DNA of 64,000 bases from Dictyostelium discoideum (lineage: Eukaryota), in NCBI GenBank assembly GCA_000004695.1, contig CM000153.2:160001-224000 (forward strand). Reading direction: 5' to 3'. Both the position numbers and the translations under genes were made by a program. This document shows, one piece after another, positions 27,251-42,072 of the stretch. Each line of letters begins with the position of its first letter. Position 1 is the first letter of the stretch. The notes beneath the pieces were generated by a model. That model had not been told where the DNA came from and ran no database searches. It worked only from the letters and a program-made list of their open reading frames with translations.

Positions 27251-28330
27251 TTTGGTAATTTGTTACACTATAGAATTATAGATACATACATATATATATA
27301 GTATATTACAACTTTAATTATTATTTAATTATTTAATTATTTATTTTTTTATTTTTTTATAGCTATAAATAAAATAAAATTTTTATAAAAATGGATGTAT
27401 AATGTATTGGAAATGAAAAAAAAAATAAAATAAAAAAAAAAAAATAAAAAAATTTATAATTTAAAATAAAAATTAAAAAAATTTTTTTCTATGATATTAT
27501 AATTTAATATTAAATTAAAAATTTTTTTTTTTTTTTTTTTATTTTCTAATTTGTGGTTTGGAATTAATAAAAACGATAACCCACACACACAAAAAAATAA
27601 AATAAAATAAAATAAAATAAAATAAAATAAAAAAAATAAAAAAAATCTTGTGTGTTGTTGCAATAAAGTAAGTGTGTGTGTGTTATTTTTATTTTTTCTT
27701 ATTTTTATTTTTATTTTTTTTTTAATTTTTCTTTTACATAAGATATTTTAATAATCATTATTACTTTTATAGTTTTTATTTTTTTTATTTATTTTTTATT
27801 TATTTTTTATTTTTTTAAATATTATTTGTTTATCTTAAATAATTCATCGCGATGGGTGGATTATCAATTTTCTTTTTTTTTTTTTTTTTTTTTCTGATTT
27901 CTTTTTTTTTTTCTTTTTATAAAAATTTGTGATATAATTAATTACCTTTATCGACTTTATAATTGTTTTTAAAAAATATCTTTTTTTTTTTTTTTTTTCA
28001 ATATCCTACATTTTAATTAAAATAAAAAAAAAGATATTTTTTTATTTTTATATTTTTATATTTTATTTTTAATTTTTTTTTTTTTTGGATATTTTTTTTT
28101 TTATTTTTATATTTTATTTTTTGGAATTAATTAAAAAAAAAAAAAAAAAAAAATAAAAAACTAAAAAAATATTATTTTATGGTATTTAGATTTAAAAAAA
28201 ATAAAAAATAAAAAATAAAAAATAAAAAATAAAGATTTAAATTCTATTAATAAACTTTTTTAATTTTTTAATTTTTTTTTTTTTTTTTTTTTAATTTTTT
28301 TTTTTCCACATACAATAATTAATTTTTATT

Positions 28331-29103
28331 TTAATTTGAGGAGGCAGCTTTTAAATAAGGAGAGGATGCAATGGTATACTCTTTTAAAAATAAGGTTGAA
28401 GAATTCTTTTCTAAATATTCCAAAACTATTTCAAAGGCATCTTTTAATTGAGTAATTGTTTTCTCTTCTAAATTTGATATTACTAATAATTGTGGTAATT
28501 TAACTAATATATATATAATATAATGGTATTTTCAAAAATATTGAAAATTGACATAAAATTGAATTTTTGTGTTAATTATTTTTTTATTTTTTTTTATTTT
28601 TTTTTATTTTTTTAATTTTTTTATCATTTTAAAACACATACCAAATAATCTTAACAAATGTTCAGCACCATAAATATCAGACATTGATTTCTTTGGATTA
28701 GTTTTTAAAATTGAATCATATTGGGGTCTTTCAAATTTGTACAATAACAAGGTGCCCAAAGCCTTATTAAAATATTGTTTTATACCATTAATTACTTCTT
28801 TACATTCTGATGATTTATCATTCTCTTCAATAATTTTATTTAATATATCTTTAACATTTGGTGATTTTGGTAATGACAATATCTTCAAAAAATTTATAAA
28901 TAATTAAAATTTGTTATTAATTATTTAAATTATAATAATAAATTGTAATAATAATACATACAGATTTTTCATTATTTATCGAATTCCAATCATCAACTAA
29001 TTTATTTTTTAAAGATAATGGAATTTCAATATCAATAAATTTTGTAGATTGAAAATGAGAAGATTTCGAATCATTTCTTTTTCTTTTATTATTATTATTA
29101 TTA

Positions 29104-29138
<35 letters not shown>

Positions 29139-30020
29139 GTTATTGTTGTTGTTATTATTGTTGTTGCTCTTTGAAGATGAGGATGAGGAGGAAGAACCTG
29201 TAGATCTTGGTGAAGTATTATTATCGTCTGCTTCTTCACCACCTGTATCATTATTATTATTATTTTCTTGATCTTCTATATCTTCACCACCTTCATCTGC
29301 ATCTTCACCACCTCCATCTTCTAATTCACTCTCATTTTCATCTTCATCAGAGTTTTCTGAATCATAAGCTATAGGTTGTTGTTGTTGTTGTTGTTGTTTA
29401 ACTTCTTTAGCTTTTTTTGTATTTTTTTTATTGTTTAATGATGTTGTTGATGCTTTAATATTGGTTCTTTTTTGTAATTCTCTATTTTTATCTGTATATT
29501 TTAATATTTTATTTGGTTCTATCCATTCATTCCATCTTTTATTTTATTTATTTATTTTTTTTTTTTTAAAAAAAAAAAGGAATATGTTAATAATTAAAAA
29601 AATAAAAATAATAAATATTAGATAAAAAAAAAAAAAACCAAATAAAACTTAATTAATTAAATTGATATAATTGTTTTTTTTTTTTTTTTTTTTTTTTCAA
29701 ATAAGTTTTTTATATATTATCCTTACTTTTCTTTCCAACCTAAGTAATGAATAAAATATAATGGTTTCTTTTTATCAGATTTACTTGTTTTTGGATCAAC
29801 TTTAATAATCTTTTTTTTTTTCCAATAAATCATTATTTTTTTTTTTTTTTAAAAAAAATATATTTTTAGGATATACAAATAATAATAATTGATATAATTA
29901 TATAAAAACAAATTGACAATGATAAATATTCAAATAAAATAGATTACATACCTTGGCTTCATATATTCTATTTTGATGATGTACTAATACCTTTTCATTC
30001 TCTTCATATGTTTCATCCAT
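28331..30020 (-). CDS. MRG15/Eaf3-like protein (chromo-barrel plus MRG domain), about 379 aa. Five exons: complement(29952..30020), complement(29727..29809), complement(28962..29535), complement(28642..28882) and complement(28331..28503)
   Basis: The N-terminal chromo barrel is MDETYEENEKVLVHHQNRIYEAK / IIKVDPKTSKSDKKKPLYFIHYLGWKEK / WNEWIEPNKILKYTDKNRELQKR... (compare MRG15 YEAKCVKV...YFIHYSGWNKNWDEWVPESRVLKY). After an acidic and poly-N linker the MRG domain follows: ...LKNKLVDDWNSINNEKS / ILSLPKSPNVKDILNKIIE...GIKQYFNKALGTLLLYKFERPQYDSILKTNPKKSMSDIYGAEHLLRLF / VKLPQLLV...EYLEKNSSTLFLKEYTIASSPYLKAAS*. The donors are gtatgt, gtaagg, gtatgt and gtatgt, with consistent phases. Confidence 0.8.
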
Positions 30021-30200
30021 CATTCATAAATACACAAACACACACAATTAAATTAGCTATGAATTAAAATTATATATATAAATATTTATAAATTATATAT
30101 ATATATATTCGACAAACTTTTTTGTTTAATTTTTAAATATGATAAAAATTTTTTTTTTTCCCACACCCTAAAAAAAAAAAAAAAAAATTAATAAAATAAA

Positions 30201-30260
<60 letters not shown>

Positions 30261-30345
30261 AAATATCCGATGTTTTATTTTTAATAATTAACTGATGAAG
30301 TTATTTATTTGAATTTTACAATTATTATTTTATTATTATTATTTA

Positions 30346-30881
30346 TTAATTTGAAACAGTTGTTGTTGTTGTTGTTGCTGCTGAAGTACTTTCTAATTTT
30401 AAAGTATTATTATTATCATTATTATTACTATTATTATTATTATCTTTTCCTCTTTTTAAATTAATTGATAATTTAACTTTTGCTAAACCACTATTTAAAT
30501 TCTTTAATAAATCACAAGCCATACAAATATCATTTGAACAAATATAACCACACTGAATACAATTTCTTTGAACTGGCATTTTATTTTCTTCTCTGAAATG
30601 AAAGTTTTCAGCGGAATGAATGATATCGATAATGATTGAGGGTCTGACTGCTTCTAAATCCTTTAAGAAATCTCTTGCATGTCCTCTGTATGCATTTGGT
30701 GCATAAATACACTCTGTTGAAAAATAATCTAATTTCTTAAAATATGCATACATTACAATCTCTTTTTGATATGTATATTTAAATGGTTTACTTCTTGGTA
30801 ATGCTCCTTCACTACCTGTTATAATATTTACACATCTTTGTAATCTTGGTATATCACCACGTAATACTTTTTTTTTTAAAA

Positions 30882-30917
<36 letters not shown>

Positions 30918-31610
30918 GATATTAATATTTATTTGATTATATGTTATACTACTACTACTACCACTACTACTTACAATTCATTAATACAGTTTCAGCTATA
31001 TCATCAGCGTTGTGACCAGTTACAATTTTATTTGCTTTTAACATTACAGCACCTCTATCAAGTGCTTGTCTTCTAAATACACCACAAAATGTACAATTAC
31101 CTTTTAATCCAATCTCTTTAACGATATCATCCATTGTCCAATTATATAATTCTTTATATGATAAAATCTTTAATGGAATTTGATATTGTTCTTGATTTCT
31201 TTTAACTGTCTATATATAATATAAATTATTATTAATTATTATTTTGTTATTTGTTATTTGTTATTTATTTATTTTTTACTTACTTCTAATGAATCATCTC
31301 TATAACCTGTAATACCTTCGTCGATTGATAAAAGGAATAAATCTAAACCATAATCATATTTTTTATTTAATAATGTCATAATTTCAGCTAAAACTGTGGA
31401 ATCTTTACCACCTGATGCACCAATTGCAACTCTATCACCTCTTTTAAATAAATTATTGGATATGATGGTATGATGAATTTCATCTTCAAATACTGTGTAG
31501 AAACATTCTTTACAAATCATTTCCCCAGTTTTTGGTCTTTTTAAAACTGGTCTTGATACATTACAAACTTCACATAATTTTGATTTCTTTTTTGTTGCTG
31601 TATTTTCCAT
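30346..31610 (-). CDS. ctu1: Cytoplasmic tRNA 2-thiolation protein 1 (Ctu1/Ncs6), about 360 aa. Three exons: complement(31284..31610), complement(30975..31209) and complement(30346..30866)
   Basis: The product carries the Ctu1 motifs [49 protein letters not shown]...[19 protein letters not shown] (PP-loop SGGKDS)...GYRDDSLE / [78 protein letters not shown] / [12 protein letters not shown]...[47 protein letters not shown].... Both donors are gtaagt, and the acceptors sit in poly-A/AT context. Confidence 0.85.
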
Positions 31611-31977
31611 TTTATTTATTTATTTGTTTGTTTTTTGGGAAATTAAAAATAAACAAAAAAAAAAAAAAAAAAAACGAATAATTTTTTTTAAAAAATTTTT
31701 CTTTTTTTTTTTATTTTGTTTTTTTAATTTTTTATTTTTTATTTTTTATTTTTTATTTTTTATTTTGGGAAAGAGTTAGTAAATTGTAATAATATATTTA
31801 ATTTTATAGAATTTTGAATACTTATTTTTATTATTACTTATTATAATAATAAAATTTTTTAAAATTTTTTTTTTTTTTTTATCTGATAAAAAGTTTTAAT
31901 TATCACTCATTTTTTTTATTTATCTAATTAATAGATAGACCCACTATTGCCAAGAAATTGTGTTAACATACAATAAT

Positions 31978-32095
31978 CAAGAAATAAAAATGTTGATAAA
32001 CAAACACGCCATCAAATATTAGTTCATTTTCTTTTTCGGAATGGATGTTAAGGTTGGTCAATCAACATCCATTCCAAAAAGTAAATAAACTATAT
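31978..32095. other. Nested inverted repeat (about 115 bp, two-level palindrome) in the spacer upstream of the esterase D gene
   Basis: Outer arms are aaacaaacacGCCatcaaatat (31981-32002) and atatttgatAGTgtgtttgtt (32074-32095). Inner arms are ctttttcggaatggatgtt (32029-32047) and aacatccattccaaaaag (32062-32079), around a short loop. It is GC-containing, whereas the surrounding spacer is nearly pure A/T. Confidence 0.5.
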
Positions 32096-32226
32096 TTGAT
32101 AGTGTGTTTGTTAATTAATATTTTTATTTGCCTAATTTTTTTGTTAATGACGCCCCCCTGTCTCCTCCCCCTTTGAATATTTGTTTAAAATTCATCTCAA
32201 TAATAATAAATATTACAGTGAAAATA

Positions 32227-32266
<40 letters not shown>

Positions 32267-32515
32267 TACAAAGACAAAAAAAAAATAAAGGGAGTATATT
32301 GCTTAATAATAAAATATATTTAGTAAAAGAAATGATTATTTAAAAGGAAATATTGGAAGATTTAATTTTTTTATAATTTTTTTATTTTTTATTTTTTAAT
32401 TTTTTTTATTTTCAAGGGGTGCTCCCTTCAAATGTTTTTTTATTTTTTTTATTTTTTTTTATTTTCATTTTTTTTTTTTTTCAAAAAGACACATTATTAA
32501 AAAAAATTAACAACA

Positions 32516-33525
32516 ATGACTAATATTTCATTATTATCAAAATCTAAATCATTCAATGGTGAAGTTAGAAGATATAGTCATAAATCAACATCATTATCAT
32601 GTGATATGAAATTTCATGTTTATGTACCATCAAAATCATCCACTCCATCATCAGTACTATGGTTCTTATCTGGTTTAACATGTACAGATGAAAATTTCAT
32701 TCAAAAAAGTGGTGCAATTCAATATGCTAGTCAAAATAATATATTCTTAGTTTGTCCTGATACTAGTCCAAGTAAGTTATTCTTAATAAAATTATTATTA
32801 AACTTTTTTTTTTATTCACTTTTTTTTTTTTTTTTCAAATTTAAAAAGGAGGTATTACAATTGAAAATGCAGAAGATAAATGGCAAGGACCAGGATTTGG
32901 AGCAGGATATTATTTAAATTCAACAACAGATAAATATAAAGCTCATTTCCAAATGTTTACATATATTACAAAAGAATTATTTGAATTAATTAATAAAGAA
33001 TTCACAGATACAATTAATATTAATAAACATTCAATTTTTGGTCATTCAATGGGTAATTATTATTTATTATTTATTATTTATTATTTATTATTTTATTATT
33101 AATATAAATATGTTATTTTTAAATTAGGTGGACTTGGAGCAATTTCATTATTTATTAAAACTAATGGTCAATATAAATCTGTTAGTGCATTTTCACCAAT
33201 TTCAAATCCAGTCAATTGCGATTGGTCTTTACATTCATTTAAAGAATATTTAGGTACAGAGAATAAAGAAGCTTGGTTACAATATGATCCTTGCCATCTT
33301 TTGAAAAATTATGATGGTAAACCATTCGATTTATTAGTTGACCAAGGTTCGGCTGATGAATTTTTTAATGATTTGAAATTTGATAATCTTGAATTAGCTT
33401 GTAAAGAAAATTCAAAAATTAATTTAATTGCAAGATTACAAGACGGTTATAATCATGGTTATTTCTATATCTCCACTTTTATTAAAGATCATATTGAATA
33501 TCATTCAAAACATTTAAATAAATAA
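32516..33525 (+). CDS. S-formylglutathione hydrolase / esterase D, about 285 aa. Three exons: 32516..32771, 32849..33052 and 33128..33525
   Basis: Spliced product: ...VLWFLSGLTCTDENFIQKSGAIQYASQNNIFLVCPDTSP / RGGITIENAEDKWQGPGFGAGYYLNSTTDKYKAHFQMFTYITKELFELINKEF...HSIFGHSMG / GLGAISLFIKTNGQYKSVSAFSPISNPVNCDWSLHSFKEYLGTENKEAWLQYDPCHLL...RLQDGYNHGYFYISTFIKDHIEYHSKHLNK*. It matches human ESD along the full length, including the GHSMGG nucleophile elbow. The donors are gtaagt and gtaatt. Confidence 0.85.
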
Positions 33526-33639
33526 AATTTAAAAAATTTTGTTTTATTAATTAATTTTATTTTAATTTAATTTATTTATTTTTTATTATTTTTATTATTT
33601 TTATTATTTTAATTAATTTATATATTAAAAAGGGTAATA

Positions 33640-33678
<39 letters not shown>

Positions 33679-33878
33679 ATTAAAGCCCAATATTGTAATA
33701 TACTATTATGATCAATATTATGTTTTTTTCTATTATTATTATTATTATTATTTTTATTTCAAATTCGTTCTTTATTAATATTAATCATTCATAAAAAATG
33801 AATTTAAAAAAAATAATAAAAATTGTATGTTACAATATTGGGCCAAATTATTGAATTTTTTTTTTTTTTTTTGTTGCC

Positions 33879-33918
<40 letters not shown>

Positions 33919-34446
33919 CCAAATACGTAGAAAAAAATTTTAAATTATTAATATTATAAATTTTTTTTTTTAAAGGGAATTATTTCATTGATAAATATCA
34001 TTCTAAATTAGTATATTTAAAAAAATTTTAATAAAAATTTGGTTATTTTATTACATACACAAAAACTTTACCCCTAAAAAATTTAATTATTTGTTTATTA
34101 TGAAATATCACAATTTTTATCATTTATTAACACCCCCCCCCTTACCCCCAAAAAAAAAAAAAAAAAAAAAATCTTAAATTTTAAATAGGTGGGGGTCATG
34201 GACTTCTTATATTAATTTTATATTAAAAGTTTGTTTTTAGACAAGTCCTAGTTTTTTTTTTTTAATTGGAATTAAAATTTGGGAAAAAAAATTTAAAAAA
34301 TTTAAATTTAAAAAAAAAAAAAAATTTAAAAAAAAAAAAAATTAAACATTAAGAGTTTTTTTTATTTCATTTTAATAACTATAATATAAAAAATATTTTT
34401 TAAAAAATTATTTCATATAATTTTTATTAAAATAAAACCCCTTAAA

Positions 34447-34482
<36 letters not shown>

Positions 34483-34548
34483 TTAATCTTATCGATTCCC
34501 AACCCAATCCAACCCAAAATCAAAATTATTTTTTTTTTTTTTTAGATC

Positions 34549-34592
<44 letters not shown>

Positions 34593-34596
34593 TATA

Positions 34597-34883
34597 ATGT
34601 TTTTTAAAATAATTATAATAATTTTTATTTTTATTTTTAGAATAAATGGTGTACCTGTTGAAAAAGAATTTAATTATTGTGAAGGTTTAAATAAAGCTTT
34701 AGGATTTTATAAAGTTCAAAGGGCAGGTATCGAAGATCCAAATTCTGAATATCCATGGCAACATGAAATTACAACAAAATATGATACATATTCAAATAAC
34801 AAAACAAATAAATATGGTAATGGATTTTTATCAAAAGGTTATTTTGATGCTGGTGATTATTTAAAAGTATAATAATTATTTAA

Positions 34884-34916
<33 letters not shown>

Positions 34917-36524
34917 TTTAATTTATTATTAATAAATTATATATTTTTTATTTTTTTTTATTTTTTTTATTTTTTTTTTTAATAATAGATAACATTTCCA
35001 TTAGCATTTTCAATGACAACTTTATCATGGTCATTTTTAGAATTTGAAGAAAATATAAAATTTTGTAATTTAACAGAAAACTATTTATCAACAATTAAAT
35101 GGGGAGTTGATTGGTTAATGGCAGCTCATCCAGAACCAAATGTGATTTATGCACAATGTGGTGGAGAAATTGATCATTTATCATGGAGTAGAGCCGATCA
35201 AATTTATAATAATCAAGTAACAGGCCCAAGAAATTGTTCAATGATAATTGATATAGATAATCCAAGTTCAGATATCGCGTTTGAAATGACAGCAGCAATG
35301 GCAGCAACTTCAATTGTTTTTGAAGAATTTGATGAACAATATTCAAAACAATGTAAAATACATGCAGATCAATTATGGGATTTTGGAATTAAATATCCAG
35401 GTATTTATTACAACCCACTTTATCCATCGAATGTCAGTAAAGATGAGCAAATCTGGGCATCGGCATGGATGTATTTAATGTACGGTCCAGAGTATTCATT
35501 CTTTCGTGGATTCTTTGACAATGGTAAAATCTCACATGATGATTTGTTCTTTAATAAATGGAGTCACGTTTTCTCATGGAATAATAAAATGAGTGGTGCT
35601 TGTATTTTAATTGCCAAGAATTTCAATATTTACATTGAAGAAGCAAATTATTTAATTCATTCATGGGATACTAGAATTAATAAAACTAAAGATGGTTTAT
35701 TCTTTTTAGATGAATGGGGTAACGCAAGATATTCAATGGGTGGTAGTTTTTTAGAGGCAGTTTGGAATTCAAATAAAAATCACACTGCAAAAACAACAAA
35801 TACCAATTTCGCGCAAACTCAAATCAATATTATTTTAGGTAATAATAGTAATCACCATTCCTATGTTTCCATGTATGGTTTTAAAGATGCTAAAGTGACA
35901 TTAAACATTCACCATAGGTCATCACATTCACCACCAAATGGTACAGATTTAAAATTCCATAATATCTTATCACCACCAAATAATAAATTTCCAGTTTATG
36001 GTGCACTATTACCTGGTCCAATTGATAGAAATGATCTATATTTTGAAGAAAGATCAAGATATGAAATGAATGAACCTGCATTAGATTATAATGCTGTATT
36101 TGTTGGTGTTTTATCTTCATTAATTAATTCATATTCAAAACCTGTTCAACCAATATCATCATTAACTTTATCATTTAATTCTGATGATTATAATAGAGAA
36201 TTAATTGATAACCATGAAGATGAAATTATACCAATTAATTATAAAAATAATAATAATAATAATGACAACGAAGATAGTTTAGAAAATTATTTACCAAAAC
36301 CACCAATTTTTAAAGATTCATTTGATCTTGAAATTGATGATGATAGTTATAATATAGAAGAAAACGATAATGATGACGATAAAGATGATGAAGATGATGA
36401 TGAAGATTCATCAAATTCAAATGTTTTAAAAGAAAATTTCTATTCAAATTCAAATAAATCGACAATAAATAATTATAGTGGTAAAACTATATTTAGTATT
36501 TTAATTTTAATTTTATTACTTTAA
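34597..36524 (+). CDS. Glycoside hydrolase family 9 endoglucanase (cellulase), about 601 aa. Two exons: 34597..34866 and 34989..36524
   Basis: The signal peptide is [19 protein letters not shown]. The GH9 N-terminal motif is YFDAGDYLK|gtataa, then the acceptor aataatag gives ITFPLAFSMTTLSWSFLEF.... Catalytic-domain motifs include LNIHHRSSHSPP and ERSRYEMNEPALDYNAVFVGVLS. The C-terminus is acidic and S/N-rich with a hydrophobic end (KTIFSILILILLL), which could be a GPI signal. The donor gtataa is non-canonical but is the only one that joins the two conserved halves in frame. Confidence 0.75.
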
Positions 36525-36662
36525 ATAAAATAAAATAATAAAAATAAAAGAATAAAAGAATAAAAGAATAAAAGAATAAAAGAATAAAAACAAGTTTTGT
36601 TTTTGTTTTTTTTTTTTTTTTTTTTGATTTTTATAAAATTAATATCCTTTTTTTTTTTTTTT

Positions 36663-38359
<1,697 letters not shown>

Positions 38360-38453
38360 TTTATTAAATTGGTTTTAAATTATACTGTTTTGTTTTTTTT
38401 TTGAAATAAAATAAAAAATAAAAAAAAATAAAAAAAAAAAAGTTGGCAATTTG

Positions 38454-38485
<32 letters not shown>

Positions 38486-38576
38486 ACCTTTTTCATGAAA
38501 ATAAAAATTGTCGTTTATTCGTTTAATCAAAAAGTTAACTTTTGTGATTTAATTATATTTTTAATTTTTAATTTTT

Positions 38577-38609
<33 letters not shown>

Positions 38610-38616
<7 letters not shown>

Positions 38617-39358
38617 GTTGTTGAATATAAATTTTTACCATCATTAGATTTTTGGCATTGGAATTCAGTGGTTGTGTTGATACATGATACATTTTCAGTA
38701 CAAACATATTCATATGGAATACCTTGTTCACAATCATAGGTAAAAGTTTGTAATGTATTCTTAAATGTTATACCATTTGTATAATAATAAGAGAACAATG
38801 GATTACCTTGACAGTCAGTATCATCCATTTGATATAATGTATAACGATATCCCTCTGGATTAACATATCCAGGATCTTCCACAATTGACATAACTGCATA
38901 ATTAACCACATTATAAAATGCTGGATCATAATACCATGCAACCTATTTAATTTTATTAATAAATTTTTTTTTTTTTATTATTTAAAAATTAATTAATTTT
39001 ATTTTATTTTAATTAAATGTTGTAATTTTTTTGAAAAAAAAAAAAAAAAAAAACTTACTTGATAACAATTACCAACTTCATAACTTCTTGAAACATTAGT
39101 TTCACCATGTCCACAATTTGAATTTGGATTATTAAAGAATAACATATTAACAGAGTTTTTATCATTTGGATCAATTGATACATAATATGAACCATCATAC
39201 AAATGTATACATGTATTGGTTTCCCATGAATATCCAATACCTGATTCTTGTTTATCTGTATCACATTTTGGGTGTGGTGTAAAATTAACATATGTTGCAC
39301 AATTTACAATAGCACTACTAATAATAATATTTAATAAAATAAAAATTGATATTCTCAT
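38610..39358 (-). CDS. Small secreted cysteine-rich protein, about 210 aa. Two exons: complement(39059..39358) and complement(38610..38942)
   Basis: The signal peptide is MRISIFILLNIIISSAIVNC. The mature part has 12+ Cys (…KCDTDKQESGIGYSWETNTCIHLYDGSYYVSIDPNDKNSVNMLFFNNPNSNCGHGETNVSRSYEVGNCYQ|gtaagt / VAWYYDPAFYNVVNYAVMSIVEDPGY...CTENVSCINTTTEFQCQKSNDGKNLYSTTC*). I chose the internal ATG as the start, because the ORF-track start at 39424 is a TTG extension without signal-peptide character. The family is unknown. Confidence 0.55.
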
Positions 39359-39919
39359 GATTTTTATTTCTTCTTTTTTTTTTTTTCCAAAGGACAAAAG
39401 CACTTCCACTATTTTAGAAAACAAAAAATAAAAAAAAAAAAAAAAAAATAATTATTCATCATCCCAAACAGCAAAAAAAAAAAAAAAAAAAATATCTAAT
39501 TTTTTTTTTTTTAAATTATTTTTAATTAAATTTTATTTAATTAAAAGACGTTACTATTTTCTTAGTTTTCTAAAAAAAAATAAAAAATAAAAAATAAAAA
39601 ATAATTTAAATTCTGTATAAAATAATCTGGAATCAAAATAATATCTGTATTTATATCTAAACCAAAATAATTATTAAATTTTAAAAAATGAAATTCATAA
39701 ATAAAACTGTTAATGGATAAAAAAAAAAAAAAAAAAAAAAAATATTGATATTCGTTTTTTTTTTACCTAAAAGCGGTGTTATTCCGAGCTTCGTTTTTTT
39801 TTTTTTTTTGATATAAATAAACTATTGTAGTATACAATTAGTATGTTATTTTTATTTATTTATTTTAGGTTTTTTAGTTTTTGTGAATTTAAAATAGTAT
39901 GTTATTTTAGATTAGGTAA

Positions 39920-41972
39920 TTAATAATTAATTGGTGGTGTAATTGTTGGAATTGGTTCATTTGTGTTTATGCTCCATTCTTTTTTAAATTTTTTGATGGT
40001 TTCGGACCATTGGGTTTCTTTTTGAGTTTTTGTGAGGTTGTTTTTAATTGAGTATTGGTTAAAGTTTGATAAAGTTCTTGAATATTCCAATCTTATTAGC
40101 TTGTGCCATTTTGATTTTAATATATCATAATCTAGTGTTGTGTTGTTTATTTGGTTGTTCCAATTATCAATTGATTGAGTTATATTGATGTCAAATAATG
40201 ATTTGCATAACCATATCCATATTTGTTGAATAACTAATGAGATTATGTTCCAATATGCATGTGTTCTGACTAGATCAAGATTTGTGTTTATATAATTCCA
40301 GTTGAACCTGTATTTTTTATATTGTGCGTTTTCTGCAAAATGAAAATTAATATTGATAGTTGGATCTGGTTTAAATGCTTTGTTGTTTGTTTGTGGTTTA
40401 TAAATGAGTGTGTATAATTTTGTTGTTTGGTTTTTTGTTAGTGACCAGTTTTTGTTTCCATTGCAATTTTTATATATAAAATATTTTAATTTGTCGTGGT
40501 TAATGAAGTTGATTGTGTGCTGACAATTGAAGAACAAATGACCATAGGGATCATTATTCATTTCATTGTTGCAAATGGGGCAAACTTTGTTGTGTAGATG
40601 ATTAATCGGAAGACATCTAGCATGGAATCTTTGCATTGTATCTCGGCCTTTTGGATCTTTTAATTTTTGAATTTTGACAAAAAGTTGGTCGTATGTGTAT
40701 TTCCATAATAGTTGTATTGATTGTTGGTGCGAAGTAAGAAGTAGATCTGAATATTTCTTGCCAATATAGTCTTTTGATTTGCATTGGTGATTGTTTAGTA
40801 TTGTCGAGTAGATTTCTTTGAGTGTTGGTGGTAGTGAAATATTATTTGTGTTTAATGTTTGAGAGGGTTGGTTTTTTGTTAATATTGGTTGTAGGATTTG
40901 AACTTTATCTTTTAGATGTCCAATTTGAGTTGCATAGTTTTCCCATTCTTTTTTGATTTTTATAAGGTATGGAGAAGAGATTGATTTGTTGATGATTTGA
41001 TCCATCCAACTTATCATGTATATTGAATTGTTTGCAGATTTATGCATTTGTAAAAATCTGTTGTATATCCAAATCTTTTGAGCAACTTGTCGTAATTGTA
41101 TATTCCACATACCCCAACCACCTTCTTTTAATGGTTTTAATGATCTATCATAACACATCAAAGGTATTTTTGCACGTGAATGGATGGTTGATGTGTTTTT
41201 TTCAATGGAATTGGTATCGAGAGTTGGTGATTCAGAATTTGCGGGAGAATTCATAAACCATGAGATTAATTTATTAATTTGAATTTCTTCATCTTTTGTA
41301 AATTCTTCAAGGTATGATAAATATGTTATTGGTGATAGTGAGTAGGTGTTTATGATGGTTGTTTTTGTTTTTAATGTTGTGCCACTAGTTTTCCATAGCA
41401 CTAATGATTTAATCAGTGTTTTCATTGTTTCTGGTAATTTCCTATGTAAACCATTATGATTAAAGAAATAGCCAAGAACTCTTTCTGATTGATCTTTTTT
41501 GGTTATTGGAATTCTTTTTGATTGTGGAATGTTGTTTATTATGTGTTTATCAGTGATTTTGTGGGGGTTGATTTCTATTATTGCACTTTTGTCAAAATTT
41601 AATGATGATGATGTTGAAGCGCAGAAATTATCGAAATGTTTGATTGATTGTTGTTGTTGTTCGTAGTTGATGTTGTATGTTGTAGAGTCGTCTGCAAATT
41701 GGGTAAATTTAATTTTAATTTGTGGATTGGGTGAAATTGGTAATCCAATTATTGAATTGTCTGCATTTATTGTTCTTGCTAATATTTCAATTACAATTAC
41801 AAATAAAGTGGCTGAGATTGGGTCACCTTGTTTTACACCTCTTTTAATATCGAATTTTCTGGTCGTTTTACCATTAATTGAAATTTTTGCTTGTGAGTCA
41901 GATAATAGCTTGTGGATTAAATTTATTAATTTTATTGGTATACCAATATGAATTAATGTTCTTTTAATGCTA
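39920..41972 (-). CDS. Retrotransposon ORF2 (reverse transcriptase plus C-terminal zinc-knuckle region), 5'-truncated by the assembly gap
   Basis: See the mobile element entry above. The frame stays open from 41972 to 39920, and the ORF track lists only the Met-initiated tail 39920..41425. Confidence 0.7.
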
Positions 41973-42072
41973 NNNNNNNNNNNNNNNNNNNNNNNNNNNN
42001 NNNNNNNNNNNNNNNNNNNNNNNNNNNNNNNNNNNNNNNNNNNNNNNNNNNNNNNNNNNNNNNNNNNNNNNN
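41973..42072. other. Assembly gap (100 N)
   Basis: A run of n characters. The true retrotransposon length, and whether ORF1 and ORF2 are intact, cannot be read from this sequence. Confidence 1.

Noticed and set aside
29009-29625. ORFs 29009..29251 (-) and 29431..29625 (+) inside MRG exon 3
   Set aside because: They are the wrong frame or strand relative to the chromodomain-linker-MRG reading frame. They are poly-I/T low complexity.
39359-39424. N-terminal extension MFSKIVEVLLSFGKKKKEEIKI of the secreted Cys-rich protein, and likewise MRANFFFFNFFFFFTSPIK on the Cdc6-like gene (24026..24082)
   Set aside because: The first starts at a TTG and the second reads through a poly-T tract. The internal ATGs give a proper signal peptide or a sensible N-terminus.
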